NCBI GenBank assembly: GCA_964236955.1
Contig: CAXSGP010000119.1
Coordinates: 1 to 12,754, forward strand
Length of the DNA stretch: 12,754 nucleotides
Reading direction: 5' to 3'
Source of the DNA: an uncultured Oligoflexus sp.
GTDB taxonomy: Bacteria > Bdellovibrionota_B > Oligoflexia > Oligoflexales > Oligoflexaceae
The stretch's first letter is position 1; every line of letters begins with the position of its first letter. A program made the translations under genes and the position numbers. Positions 1 through 7,247 of this stretch are shown piece by piece. Below the pieces are notes generated by a model, which saw nothing but the letters and a program-made list of their open reading frames with translations, was not told the DNA's origin and did no database searches.

Positions 1-65
1 CGGGCCCATTCTGCGAGTTTCTTACTATACCGGCATACGATGTCTTGAATAGTTCACGTTCTTAA
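1..65 (+). CDS. aceB: Malate synthase A, C-terminal fragment (gene starts upstream of the window)
   Basis: Frame from nt 3 reads [20 protein letters not shown] (TAA at 63-65). F-x-(D/E)-F-L-T-(L/I)-P-(A/G)-Y is the characteristic malate synthase A C-terminus. It ends 22 nt before aceA, the usual aceBA order. Confidence 0.82.
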   Translation, partial: GPFCEFLTIPAYDVLNSSRS

Positions 66-87
66 AAACCACGATTCGGAGGGCGCA

Positions 88-1386
88 ATGACAAAACGAG
101 AAGCCTATCAAAATGCAGAGACCTTGGATCAGGAATGGCAATCGAACAAGCGCTGGAAAGGCATTGTGCGCCCCTACTCGGCTGCCGAAGTTCTCAAGCT
201 CCGCCCAACCCTTAACCCCGAGCATACCTGGGCTCAGGCTGGTGCCGAGCGATTCTGGGATCTATTGCATAAAGACCCTTATATCCATGCCCTGGGAGCC
301 ATTACTGGCTCTCAGGCGGTGCAGATGATCAAGGCTGGTCTTAAGTCTATCTATATGAGTGGCTGGCAGGTTGCAGCGGACGGAAATCTATCGGGTCATA
401 CCTACCCTGATCAGAGCCTTTATCCTTCTAACTCCGTTCCAGCCATGGTTAAGCGGGTCAATAACGCTTTGGCCCGAGCGGACCTTATTGCCAAACAGGA
501 TGGCAATACCGACATCAATTTCTATGCGCCCATAATTGCCGATGCAGAAGCAGGGTTTGGCGGACCTTTGCATGCTTTTGAATTAATGAAACTCATGATA
601 GAGGCTGGAGCCTCAGCTGTGCATTTTGAGGATCAGCTGGCGTCTGAGAAAAAATGCGGCCATCTCGGTGGCAAGGTTTTGGTGCCTACCTCTCAATTTA
701 TTAAGACCCTGATTGCAGCCAGACTCGCGGCCGACGTCTGTGGGACCGACACACTGGTCATCGCCCGCACCGATTCCTTAGGTGCCACGCTAATGACATC
801 GGACATTGACCCGGCCGACGCCCAGTTTATTACAGGAAAGCGTACCTCGGAAGGGTTCTTCCGGGTTAAGTCGGGTATCGAGGTCGCGATTGCTCGAAGT
901 TTGGCCTACGCTCCTTATGCCGCTCTCCTATGGTTTGAAACCTCCACCCCCAACATCGACGAAGCAAGGGCCTTCGCCAAAGCGGTTCGAGAAAAATTTC
1001 CGGGTAAACTGCTTGCATACAACTGCTCGCCGTCTTTCAATTGGGAATCGAAACTCAACGCGAAGCAGATTGCCAGTTTCCAGCAGGAGCTGGGTGAACT
1101 TGGTTATAAATTTCAATTCATCACTCTCGCCGGCTGGCATTCGATCAACTATAACGCCTTTGAGCTTGCCCGCGGCTATAAAGAGCGGGGCATGAGTGCT
1201 TATGTGGACTTGCAACGAGCCGAGTTTCAAAGGGAAAAGGAAGGATATACTGCGGTCAAACATCAAAAGGAGGTCGGCACCGCCTATTTTGATCAGGTTC
1301 TTATGACTGTCACCGGTGGTACATCCTCGACCTCCGCGATCAGCGGTTCGACTGAGGAAGAACAATTTGATGAAAACCCCCACTAG
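88..1386 (+). CDS. aceA: Isocitrate lyase (short ~430 aa form)
   Basis: 432 aa with ICL motifs [32 protein letters not shown], catalytic [11 protein letters not shown] (Cys190), [19 protein letters not shown] and C-terminal STEEEQF. SD GGAGG at 78-82. Confidence 0.98.
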   Translation: MTKREAYQNAETLDQEWQSNKRWKGIVRPYSAAEVLKLRPTLNPEHTWAQAGAERFWDLLHKDPYIHALGAITGSQAVQMIKAGLKSIYMSGWQVAADGNLSGHTYPDQSLYPSNSVPAMVKRVNNALARADLIAKQDGNTDINFYAPIIADAEAGFGGPLHAFELMKLMIEAGASAVHFEDQLASEKKCGHLGGKVLVPTSQFIKTLIAARLAADVCGTDTLVIARTDSLGATLMTSDIDPADAQFITGKRTSEGFFRVKSGIEVAIARSLAYAPYAALLWFETSTPNIDEARAFAKAVREKFPGKLLAYNCSPSFNWESKLNAKQIASFQQELGELGYKFQFITLAGWHSINYNAFELARGYKERGMSAYVDLQRAEFQREKEGYTAVKHQKEVGTAYFDQVLMTVTGGTSSTSAISGSTEEEQFDENPH

Positions 1387-1444
1387 ATTCCAAACTCCAG
1401 TCACTTGGCTGCCGCTGTCCCGTTCAGCGATTACGAAGTGAGCC

Positions 1445-1463
1445 TTTCAATTGTCAATTGAAA
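1445..1463. repeat. Perfect inverted repeat TTTCAATTG-T-CAATTGAAA
   Basis: 9-bp arms at 1445-1453 and 1455-1463 with a 1-nt centre; overlaps the A-tract of the adjacent terminator. Confidence 0.6.
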
Positions 1464-1492
1464 AAAACCGGCCTGAGTGCCGGTTTCATTTC
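1461..1492. terminator. Intrinsic terminator, probably bidirectional (stronger on the minus strand)
   Basis: AAACCGGC-ctgagt-GCCGGTTT hairpin at 1465-1486. A7 at 1461-1467 gives a U-tract on the minus strand; TTTCATTT follows the GC stem on the plus strand. It lies between aceA and convergent minus-strand transcription. Confidence 0.8.
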
Positions 1493-1704
1493 AGTTCTGC
1501 CGTTAAATTTGCGATGGCTCCCCTCTTTACTTTTCCCAAGTGAACATCTAAAGAAAATTCCTCATGGATCGATAACGTATCCACTGTAGACCTCGGTCTG
1601 GGCCCCAAGACCAAGGCCCCAGTACCGGTCGTAATATTGGCGCCTGCACCCCGGGCTTCACCGATCCTAACGCCGGAAACGCCAACAATCGATCCCAACG
1701 GCAT
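1486..1704 (-). other. 72-codon ORF or possible 3' part of a decayed gene (alternative reading of the same segment)
   Basis: Its TGA (1488-1486) abuts the terminator hairpin. The same frame stays open upstream to about 1887 except for a TGA-TAG pair at 1785-1780. There is no clear SD at 1704 and no recognisable domain. Confidence 0.22.
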
Positions 1705-1860
1705 CCACGTAAGTCGGCGATCAAGGCAAAGGCAATGGCGGCGGATAGGGCGGTCTCGGGCAGTAAGGATAGGGCGATTCTATCACCACTGCGGGCGGTC
1801 CTCGGTTCTCACACTTTTGTTACTGCCGCAGGACCGGCCGTAATTTGATTTTCGCCCGCA
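1566..1860 (-). ncRNA. Candidate structured RNA or structured 3' region (no family recognised)
   Basis: About 60% GC over 1581-1860 by manual count. Stems found by eye: 1623-1608/1599-1583 (16 bp, 3 G-U, 1 bulge), 1687-1677/1645-1635 (11 bp, 3 G-U), 1695-1688/1573-1566 (8 bp), 1860-1853/1797-1790 (8 bp), 1836-1826/1805-1796, 1787-1782/1778-1773. The non-Watson-Crick pairs read as G-U only on the minus strand. Confidence 0.33.
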
Positions 1861-1883
1861 TTCAATCACTAACCCTGCACGCC

Positions 1884-2822
1884 TTAGAAAACCAGTTGCT
1901 CATGTGACCTCCTGTTAGCAAGTCTATCTCGAACCGGTCCTAGGTTAATTCCCGCCTGTTTCTCAATTTCATCGAGCGTTACGACATAATCTTGCCAGTC
2001 GACATGGGTTGACGGAAGATTCGATGATTCCTTGCACTGAGTATCAAGATCGGCGATCGGATCGGTGCCTTTCGAGGTAAGATTAGGCATGATGACGGCT
2101 GTAAAGAGCTTAGGCTCCGCGTTATCGTCTGATCCGAGGTCAATAACAATCTTGAAATTTGCTGTAGGCACCGCAATATTTGAGTAAGTACCGATGTACT
2201 GGAGCTTTGAGGCAAAGATTGGTCCAGCAATAACCCAAAGGCGAGTGCTCCGATTTTGACCCAATAAGGCACGCGTTCGAGCCTCAAGCCTTTCCCAAAT
2301 CGTGCGATTTAGAAAAGCCGTCTGAGGCAGCAGATTGCTCATCTTGAAAACCGAGAGGTTTATCTCGACATTTGCGGTTCGATCGCCCGAAGGCACCTGA
2401 TGACCCCGATCAAAACAACTGCCTGAGTATTCACCTGGACTAACGGCATGCTCGCCAGTTGGCGCTAAATAGGCTTCCAAGTCCTGGTCGGTGGAGAAAG
2501 TGGTTCGGCCTGAATCCCCAATATCGGATTCTTCCAGCAGCCAAGACGCCCAATTGATTTCGCGGGTATTCGAATTCCACGACAGCGTATATTCGGGACG
2601 GGAAATGAGGACAGAGGGCTCGGCATTCAACATTTCGAAAGAAACAGCAGGATTGTTGGGGTTATTGTTCGGATCGACTGAGCCTATCCAAGGTTCATGA
2701 TCAGCCGTAGCATGTAGCGGAGCTAGAGCAAGGGAGCTTGCCGTCGGGTCATAATTCGATTGACGACCACAATTCACGATAAACAGCAGTAGCAATCCAA
2801 GTCCGATACAAGGGTTTCGCAT
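1884..2822 (-). CDS. DNA/RNA non-specific endonuclease (Serratia NucA/EndoG, beta-beta-alpha-Me family), predicted lipoprotein
   Basis: Active-site FDRGHQVPS, then SNLLPQ, LNRTIWERLE, VIAGPIF and IAVPTANFKIV. Start moved from TTG 2930 to ATG 2822 (312 aa) because SD AGGAG lies at 2832-2828 and the protein then begins with a lipoprotein-like signal MRNPCIGLGLLLLFIVN-C. Confidence 0.92.
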   Translation of the reverse strand: MRNPCIGLGLLLLFIVNCGRQSNYDPTASSLALAPLHATADHEPWIGSVDPNNNPNNPAVSFEMLNAEPSVLISRPEYTLSWNSNTREINWASWLLEESDIGDSGRTTFSTDQDLEAYLAPTGEHAVSPGEYSGSCFDRGHQVPSGDRTANVEINLSVFKMSNLLPQTAFLNRTIWERLEARTRALLGQNRSTRLWVIAGPIFASKLQYIGTYSNIAVPTANFKIVIDLGSDDNAEPKLFTAVIMPNLTSKGTDPIADLDTQCKESSNLPSTHVDWQDYVVTLDEIEKQAGINLGPVRDRLANRRSHEQLVF

Positions 2823-3233
2823 CTTTGCTCCTAAAGCCTGGGGTTGACATATTGAGGATGAAATTGCTGCGATAGTAGCATAAGTGGATAAATTTACATT
2901 AAAGGCTTGGTAGTCTTTAGATTTAAACAAGACATTTTTCTAAAGGCAGGAGTCATAAAGGATGAACTGAACCGCAGTTAGAACGTCTAAATCCAATCGG
3001 TGTTATCGAGACCTGGCTTTCGATATTTGCCGGCTTGTAGGTGAGGATGAAGTCATGACCGATCATCGATGTGAAAAGCATGATAAAGACTTGTCATCGA
3101 ATCGAAAACTCCAGCCTTCTTGCAGTTTGGCCCAAACAAACCTTTATTTCCAATTGGCAAATCGTCGATTTGAAAGCGAGCCTTAACGCTAAGAATACTG
3201 TCGTCGCCGGACGGCGTCGCCTTCGGCCAAGTT

Positions 3234-3267
3234 AATAAAAAGAGGAGAAGCGCGCGACTCCTCCTCT
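3234..3267 (-). terminator. Intrinsic terminator of the metalloprotease gene
   Basis: Minus strand AGAGGAGGAG-tcgcgcg-CTTCTCCTCT-TTTTATT: 10-bp stem with one G-U followed by a U-tract, 26 nt after the stop codon. Confidence 0.85.
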
Positions 3268-3293
3268 GGCTAACACAGTGATCCGTGGAGCTA

Positions 3294-4178
3294 TTAGAGT
3301 AGAGGCTTAAACCAGCAGGCTGGTCTTAGGCCGCTGTCAAATTCTTGGTTCAAACATGTGTATTTTCCGGAAATTTTTTCGGCCGATGCGGAATTTCTTT
3401 TGCTTCCCAGATCTTTGCCCGGAATCATAGTGGCATCAAAGTCCTGAGTACATAGAGCACCCTCAGCATAGGTATCGAGTCGACATTGACCATCAGGATA
3501 GCTGGCAATGTTGGTCGTACCGACAATCTTTTTGCTGGGAGTGGAAAGCGAGGTCGCGGATCCCGTCAAGACTGCAAGCAATTTGCCCAGTCCATCGCCA
3601 GCAATCATAGTCCGGTAACAAAGGTCCTGGTCCGCTTCCAGGCTCCACACTTTGTCACATTCGGCTTTGGAATATTTGGTAATCTTGGCGCGTGCCAAGG
3701 CATTTTTTTCGACTTGATCCTTCCATAGGTCGCGCGTGCAGCTCTGCGTTGCAAAATAATCGGCTTCGCCTTCCGATGCCGCCCATGAGGCTTTGAAAGG
3801 ATAGCCTCCTAAATGGTGGCCGAATTCGTGACATAGCACGATGGCAAAACTATCGGCTGTTACTTCGGGTCGTCTAGCCATTCCTCCATACATATTAACC
3901 GTCCAAGTATTGAAAAACTGGTTTGCACTGGCATTGACGGTGCTATCGGTCCATAGACGATTGACGACCAGGTTCGCATTAAAATTTTTCTTGAGGAATG
4001 GACCATAGTAAGCAATGGCTTCATCAATAATATCGTTAAATTGTCCTTCGTTCACGTTAGTAATAGAACGCTGGTTATCCTGAAGATAAAGATCGTTAGG
4101 AGGCAAAAAGTCAGCATAAGCAGCGCTCGCAAATAACGAAAAGGCGACAAATATCGACTGCGACAGTTTTACTAGCAT
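3294..4178 (-). CDS. Secreted zinc metalloprotease-like protein (HExxH...E, M48/ImmA-like gluzincin), Cys-rich
   Basis: 294 aa. Sec signal ending AYA-DF, then VNASA, MYGGMAR, zinc motif LCHEFGHHLGG and a downstream SEGEADYFA likely supplying the third ligand. Several further Cys including C-terminal RPACWF. SD GAGGA 9 nt upstream. Confidence 0.8.
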   Translation of the reverse strand: MLVKLSQSIFVAFSLFASAAYADFLPPNDLYLQDNQRSITNVNEGQFNDIIDEAIAYYGPFLKKNFNANLVVNRLWTDSTVNASANQFFNTWTVNMYGGMARRPEVTADSFAIVLCHEFGHHLGGYPFKASWAASEGEADYFATQSCTRDLWKDQVEKNALARAKITKYSKAECDKVWSLEADQDLCYRTMIAGDGLGKLLAVLTGSATSLSTPSKKIVGTTNIASYPDGQCRLDTYAEGALCTQDFDATMIPGKDLGSKRNSASAEKISGKYTCLNQEFDSGLRPACWFKPLL

Positions 4179-4525
4179 CTTTTCTAATCCTCTTGAGGTT
4201 GGTTACTTGTGCCCATCTTAACTGGTCGGCTGGTCAATGCAATTTCGTTTTACTAATTTTGACAGGTTTACGGTGACCGATTTATCGTGAAATCGGCGCG
4301 TCACTTTTTGGCTATAGGCGTAGAGTCGGGTGGAGCTAAGGCAATTTTGCCTAGAAAGCGCGGGTAAGTTCAGCAGCCGAACAATTATCCCAATGCTATG
4401 GCCACCTGGCTTTTGACCTAAGAAAATTAAATTTTGTATTCGAGGATTTGTTGTTATAAGGCAATCGATAGACAGTCAGATCTTTCCGATTGCGATTAGG
4501 ATTCATAGAAACCCAGGAGTGATAC

Positions 4526-5767
4526 ATGCCTAAAGTGGATAACGTTCCGTCAATTTTTAAACTTACAAATGCCCGAATCCTGCCTGCCATTCTATTTGCC
4601 GGGCTTGGAGCCTGCGGTTATCAAAGTTCTAATATAAGGTCTGACCTAAAAGTCGATAAACAGAGTTATACCGCCTGGTGTGAAAAATGGGACATCGCTT
4701 GTGATGCGAGCCTCGGAGCCGTGGAAGGCAAATCGCCTTTTAGGTCGGATAAATGGGATGCCATTACATCAGTAGCCAGCGAGGCTTTAAACAGCTCCGT
4801 CCTTTTCAGCGTGACCCGAAGTGAATTCGATAGTCCTGATCTCTTGGCAGGTCTAGAAAAATTAGGAATGGCGTCCGAGCTTAAGCAGCTCAAAACAAGT
4901 CTCGACGATTCCCATTGGCAGTCCGTCTCAATCGAAGCAAAAAAATTCGTAAGCCGCACCGCCGGCGAGAGCTCTCTTATCACTCATCTTGGTCTGGGCA
5001 TTAAAGCCGATAGCACGATCAGTTTGAGTCCGGGAGCCGACGGCGTCGTACAGCTTGAAGGTCTCAGTTTAACTTCCAAAACAGGTGAGCAAGCATCCCA
5101 GCTCAGCAGGGTATCGTTAGGTCGAGGTGAATCTCTTAATCTCACTTTCAGCGATCAGATCGTTCAGGATGTTCCTTTTAGATTTATTGAAGACAATTTA
5201 AACAGTGCGTTTAAGCTAGAAGACAGCTCTCCACTGTCGAAGGAGTTTAGCCCTCAGCAGATCTTCGGTGCCGCCTATCCTCTACTGAGTTGGGTAAACA
5301 AGCCTCAACGAACCGCTTCCTTAACCCGACGGTTTTTCGTACTTGCAGAAAACAAGCTGAAGCCTGTCTTGGCGGGAGAGAACTCTGGCCCTGCCCTGCT
5401 CACGTTAATCTCGGCCATGGATACTTTTGATTTTTCCGCAAGCCCCGGTAAAAACGTCCTGCACTTTGGGCAGGTGAATGGTTCCAAACTGGTATGTACT
5501 ATGAACGGTGGCATGTCCAAGTTCATGTTCGACAAAGATTTTGGATTGAAAAGATTTTATAAGGTTGACGGCGGTATTGGCCTCGAATTCTACGGAATTA
5601 AGGCAAGCGCGAAGCTCGCTCTCGGCATACCCCTTACCCTTAAGCGACTTGAGATCAAAAACAATAAGATCACTATCCTTGATATCCCAATTATTGGAAA
5701 AATTGAGTTGGATATGGATAAGTTTATTGAGGCCGACCAAGAAACGACAGTTGCCTGCAGTAAATAA
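4526..5767 (+). CDS. Hypothetical lipoprotein
   Basis: 413-aa ORF with SD AGGAG 6 nt upstream of the ATG. Hydrophobic stretch ILPAILFAG ends in lipobox LGA-C. No catalytic motif recognised. Confidence 0.75.
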   Translation: MPKVDNVPSIFKLTNARILPAILFAGLGACGYQSSNIRSDLKVDKQSYTAWCEKWDIACDASLGAVEGKSPFRSDKWDAITSVASEALNSSVLFSVTRSEFDSPDLLAGLEKLGMASELKQLKTSLDDSHWQSVSIEAKKFVSRTAGESSLITHLGLGIKADSTISLSPGADGVVQLEGLSLTSKTGEQASQLSRVSLGRGESLNLTFSDQIVQDVPFRFIEDNLNSAFKLEDSSPLSKEFSPQQIFGAAYPLLSWVNKPQRTASLTRRFFVLAENKLKPVLAGENSGPALLTLISAMDTFDFSASPGKNVLHFGQVNGSKLVCTMNGGMSKFMFDKDFGLKRFYKVDGGIGLEFYGIKASAKLALGIPLTLKRLEIKNNKITILDIPIIGKIELDMDKFIEADQETTVACSK

Positions 5768-5791
5768 AGTTTTTTTAAGCGCCCATGGGAA

Positions 5792-5817
5792 GTGGTCCGG
5801 TCGCCAGACGGGACCAC
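5792..5817 (+). other. Stem-loop downstream of the lipoprotein gene
   Basis: GTGGTCC-g-GTC-gcca-GAC-g-GGACCAC, 24 nt after the stop. No U-tract, so more likely a stabilising or pause hairpin than a classical terminator. Confidence 0.4.
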
Positions 5818-5992
5818 ACCAAAGTTAAATCGCAAGCTATTGTTTTGCCTAAGGTATCAGCCCGCTATTTCCTTTCCTGTGAACAGTCATAAACCCGGCA
5901 AAAATATTAAAGAAACAATGGCCAATCATGCGCTTTGTCATAAAGCTACCCAAGCGTTACGATATCGGGTAAATTTGGTATTATTCGTTGAA

Positions 5993-6029
5993 TTGCCCGC
6001 TAAAATAACCAGGCCGGGCAAGATTTTTT
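5993..6029 (+). terminator. Terminator-like hairpin just upstream of the channel gene
   Basis: TTGCCCG (5993-5999) / CGGGCAA (6015-6021), then GA and T6 (6024-6029). The 15-nt loop is long for an intrinsic terminator. Confidence 0.3.
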
Positions 6030-6049
6030 ACCAGCAGGGGCTCATGATT

Positions 6050-7033
6050 ATGTCGCAGCTGATCCGTCTGCTCTCTATCATAATCTTCCTCCCCATAGTC
6101 GGTGCCCTGGGATTCGGATTGATCGAGCATATGGGGCCGATAGATGCCATCTACATGTCTTTCATTACGCTTTCCACAGTCGGTTATGAAGTCGTCAAAC
6201 CCCTGTCTGACTCTGGAAAAATATTCGTCGTCTGCTTTCTTATCCTCAGCTTTACCATCTTCTTTTACTCCCTGAGCCAGCTAGGGGAAATGATCGTCAA
6301 CGGCGATTTGAAACGCTTAATCAAGAGGCGAATGATGGATCAGCAAATTCGGGATATTTCAAATCATGCTATTATTTGTGGATTGGGACGCATGGGCCAA
6401 AGCATAGCGAAAGAACTCGACAAGAAAGGACGTGGTTTTGTCGTTATAGACCTGAGTCAGGAGCGGATCGATATAGCGATCAGCGAAGGCTGGCGCTGTA
6501 TCAAGGGTGATGCCTCCGATGACGCCATTCTCCTTGCCGCCGGGATTGGAAAAGCGCAATGCCTGACCACCGTACTGCCTCATGACCCGGATAATTTGTT
6601 CTGTGTTATGGCAGCTCGCCTCCTCAATAAAGATCTTACTATCATCGCCCGTTCCAACGCTGAAAGCGCGATCAGCAAATTAAAGAGGGCAGGCGCCACC
6701 CGAATCGTCAGCCCCTATTCGACGGGAGCGGTAAAAATTGCCCAACTCATGATCCATCCGGAGCTGGAGGATTTCATGGAAATTCTTAGTGATAAGGATT
6801 CCGGAGTCGACCTTAGCGTTATCGATATTCATCAAGAATCCATTTTCTTCGGTAAATGCCTTCGAGATATGGATACGGATCACCTGGGAATCATGGTCAT
6901 TGGCTTGCGGCCTCATGGGGAAAAACTGGGATTCCCTCCCAACTTGGATAGAGTTCTGGTAGAAAAGGATATTTTGATAGTGATCGGCAAGGTCCTTCGT
7001 CTCGATGAGGTTTTGATCCAACATTCAAGCTAA
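6050..7033 (+). CDS. Potassium channel family protein (2-TM pore + TrkA-N/RCK + TrkA-C, MthK-like)
   Basis: TM1, pore helix DAIYMSFITLSTVGY, TM2, Rossmann motif IICGLGRMG, then GDAS, DPDNL, IIAR, LKRAGATRIVSPY and a TrkA-C domain. The GTG 5792 start adds a non-channel-like extension; the real start is probably ATG 6050 (or 6044) after AGGGG at 6036-6040. Confidence 0.9.
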   Translation: MSQLIRLLSIIIFLPIVGALGFGLIEHMGPIDAIYMSFITLSTVGYEVVKPLSDSGKIFVVCFLILSFTIFFYSLSQLGEMIVNGDLKRLIKRRMMDQQIRDISNHAIICGLGRMGQSIAKELDKKGRGFVVIDLSQERIDIAISEGWRCIKGDASDDAILLAAGIGKAQCLTTVLPHDPDNLFCVMAARLLNKDLTIIARSNAESAISKLKRAGATRIVSPYSTGAVKIAQLMIHPELEDFMEILSDKDSGVDLSVIDIHQESIFFGKCLRDMDTDHLGIMVIGLRPHGEKLGFPPNLDRVLVEKDILIVIGKVLRLDEVLIQHSS

Positions 7034-7247
7034 GTGCTTTGGAAAATTGTATGGCTATCAAGGGAAGGGATACGGGCTTGACCAAGGAAGAGATTCCCAG
7101 GCAAGCCTGATCCCCCCTCCCTCATTCTCGTCAAGGGAATGTCCCGTCAGCTCTCCCGATCAACGGCCCAGCGGTTAAAACTGCGATTGATAAGGTCGAC
7201 AGTCTGCTGCCGGCCAATATTCTCGTCGATGAACACGTGAGACCCGG

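Noticed and set aside
904..942. AceA reads [12 protein letters not shown] where family members usually have YAPYADLxWxET
   Set aside because: It is a single-base difference (GCT versus GAT) outside the intact catalytic motifs, and cannot be told apart from a neutral variant or a sequencing error.
1650..1670. Minus-strand CGGTGAAGCCCG similar to a cobalamin riboswitch T-loop hairpin
   Set aside because: No GGGAA, GCCACTG or B12-box elements in the right order, and no downstream B12-related gene.
1743..1776. GGATAGGGCG direct repeat (also CGATCCYAACG at 1662 and 1690) as CRISPR-like or iteron repeats
   Set aside because: Only two short copies of each, no regular spacing, and no cas or rep gene.
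2823..2930. 36-aa N-terminal extension of the nuclease ORF (TTG 2930)
   Set aside because: ATG 2822 has an SD and places the signal peptide at the N-terminus.
4259..4288. TTGACA-N18-TATCGT promoter-like sequence in the divergent region
   Set aside because: It has a weak -10, lies about 240 nt from the next plus-strand start, and competes with other AT-rich candidates, so it cannot be assigned.
5792..6043. 84-aa N-terminal extension of the channel ORF (GTG 5792)
   Set aside because: It has no resemblance to channel sequence, runs through hairpins, and family members start at TM1.
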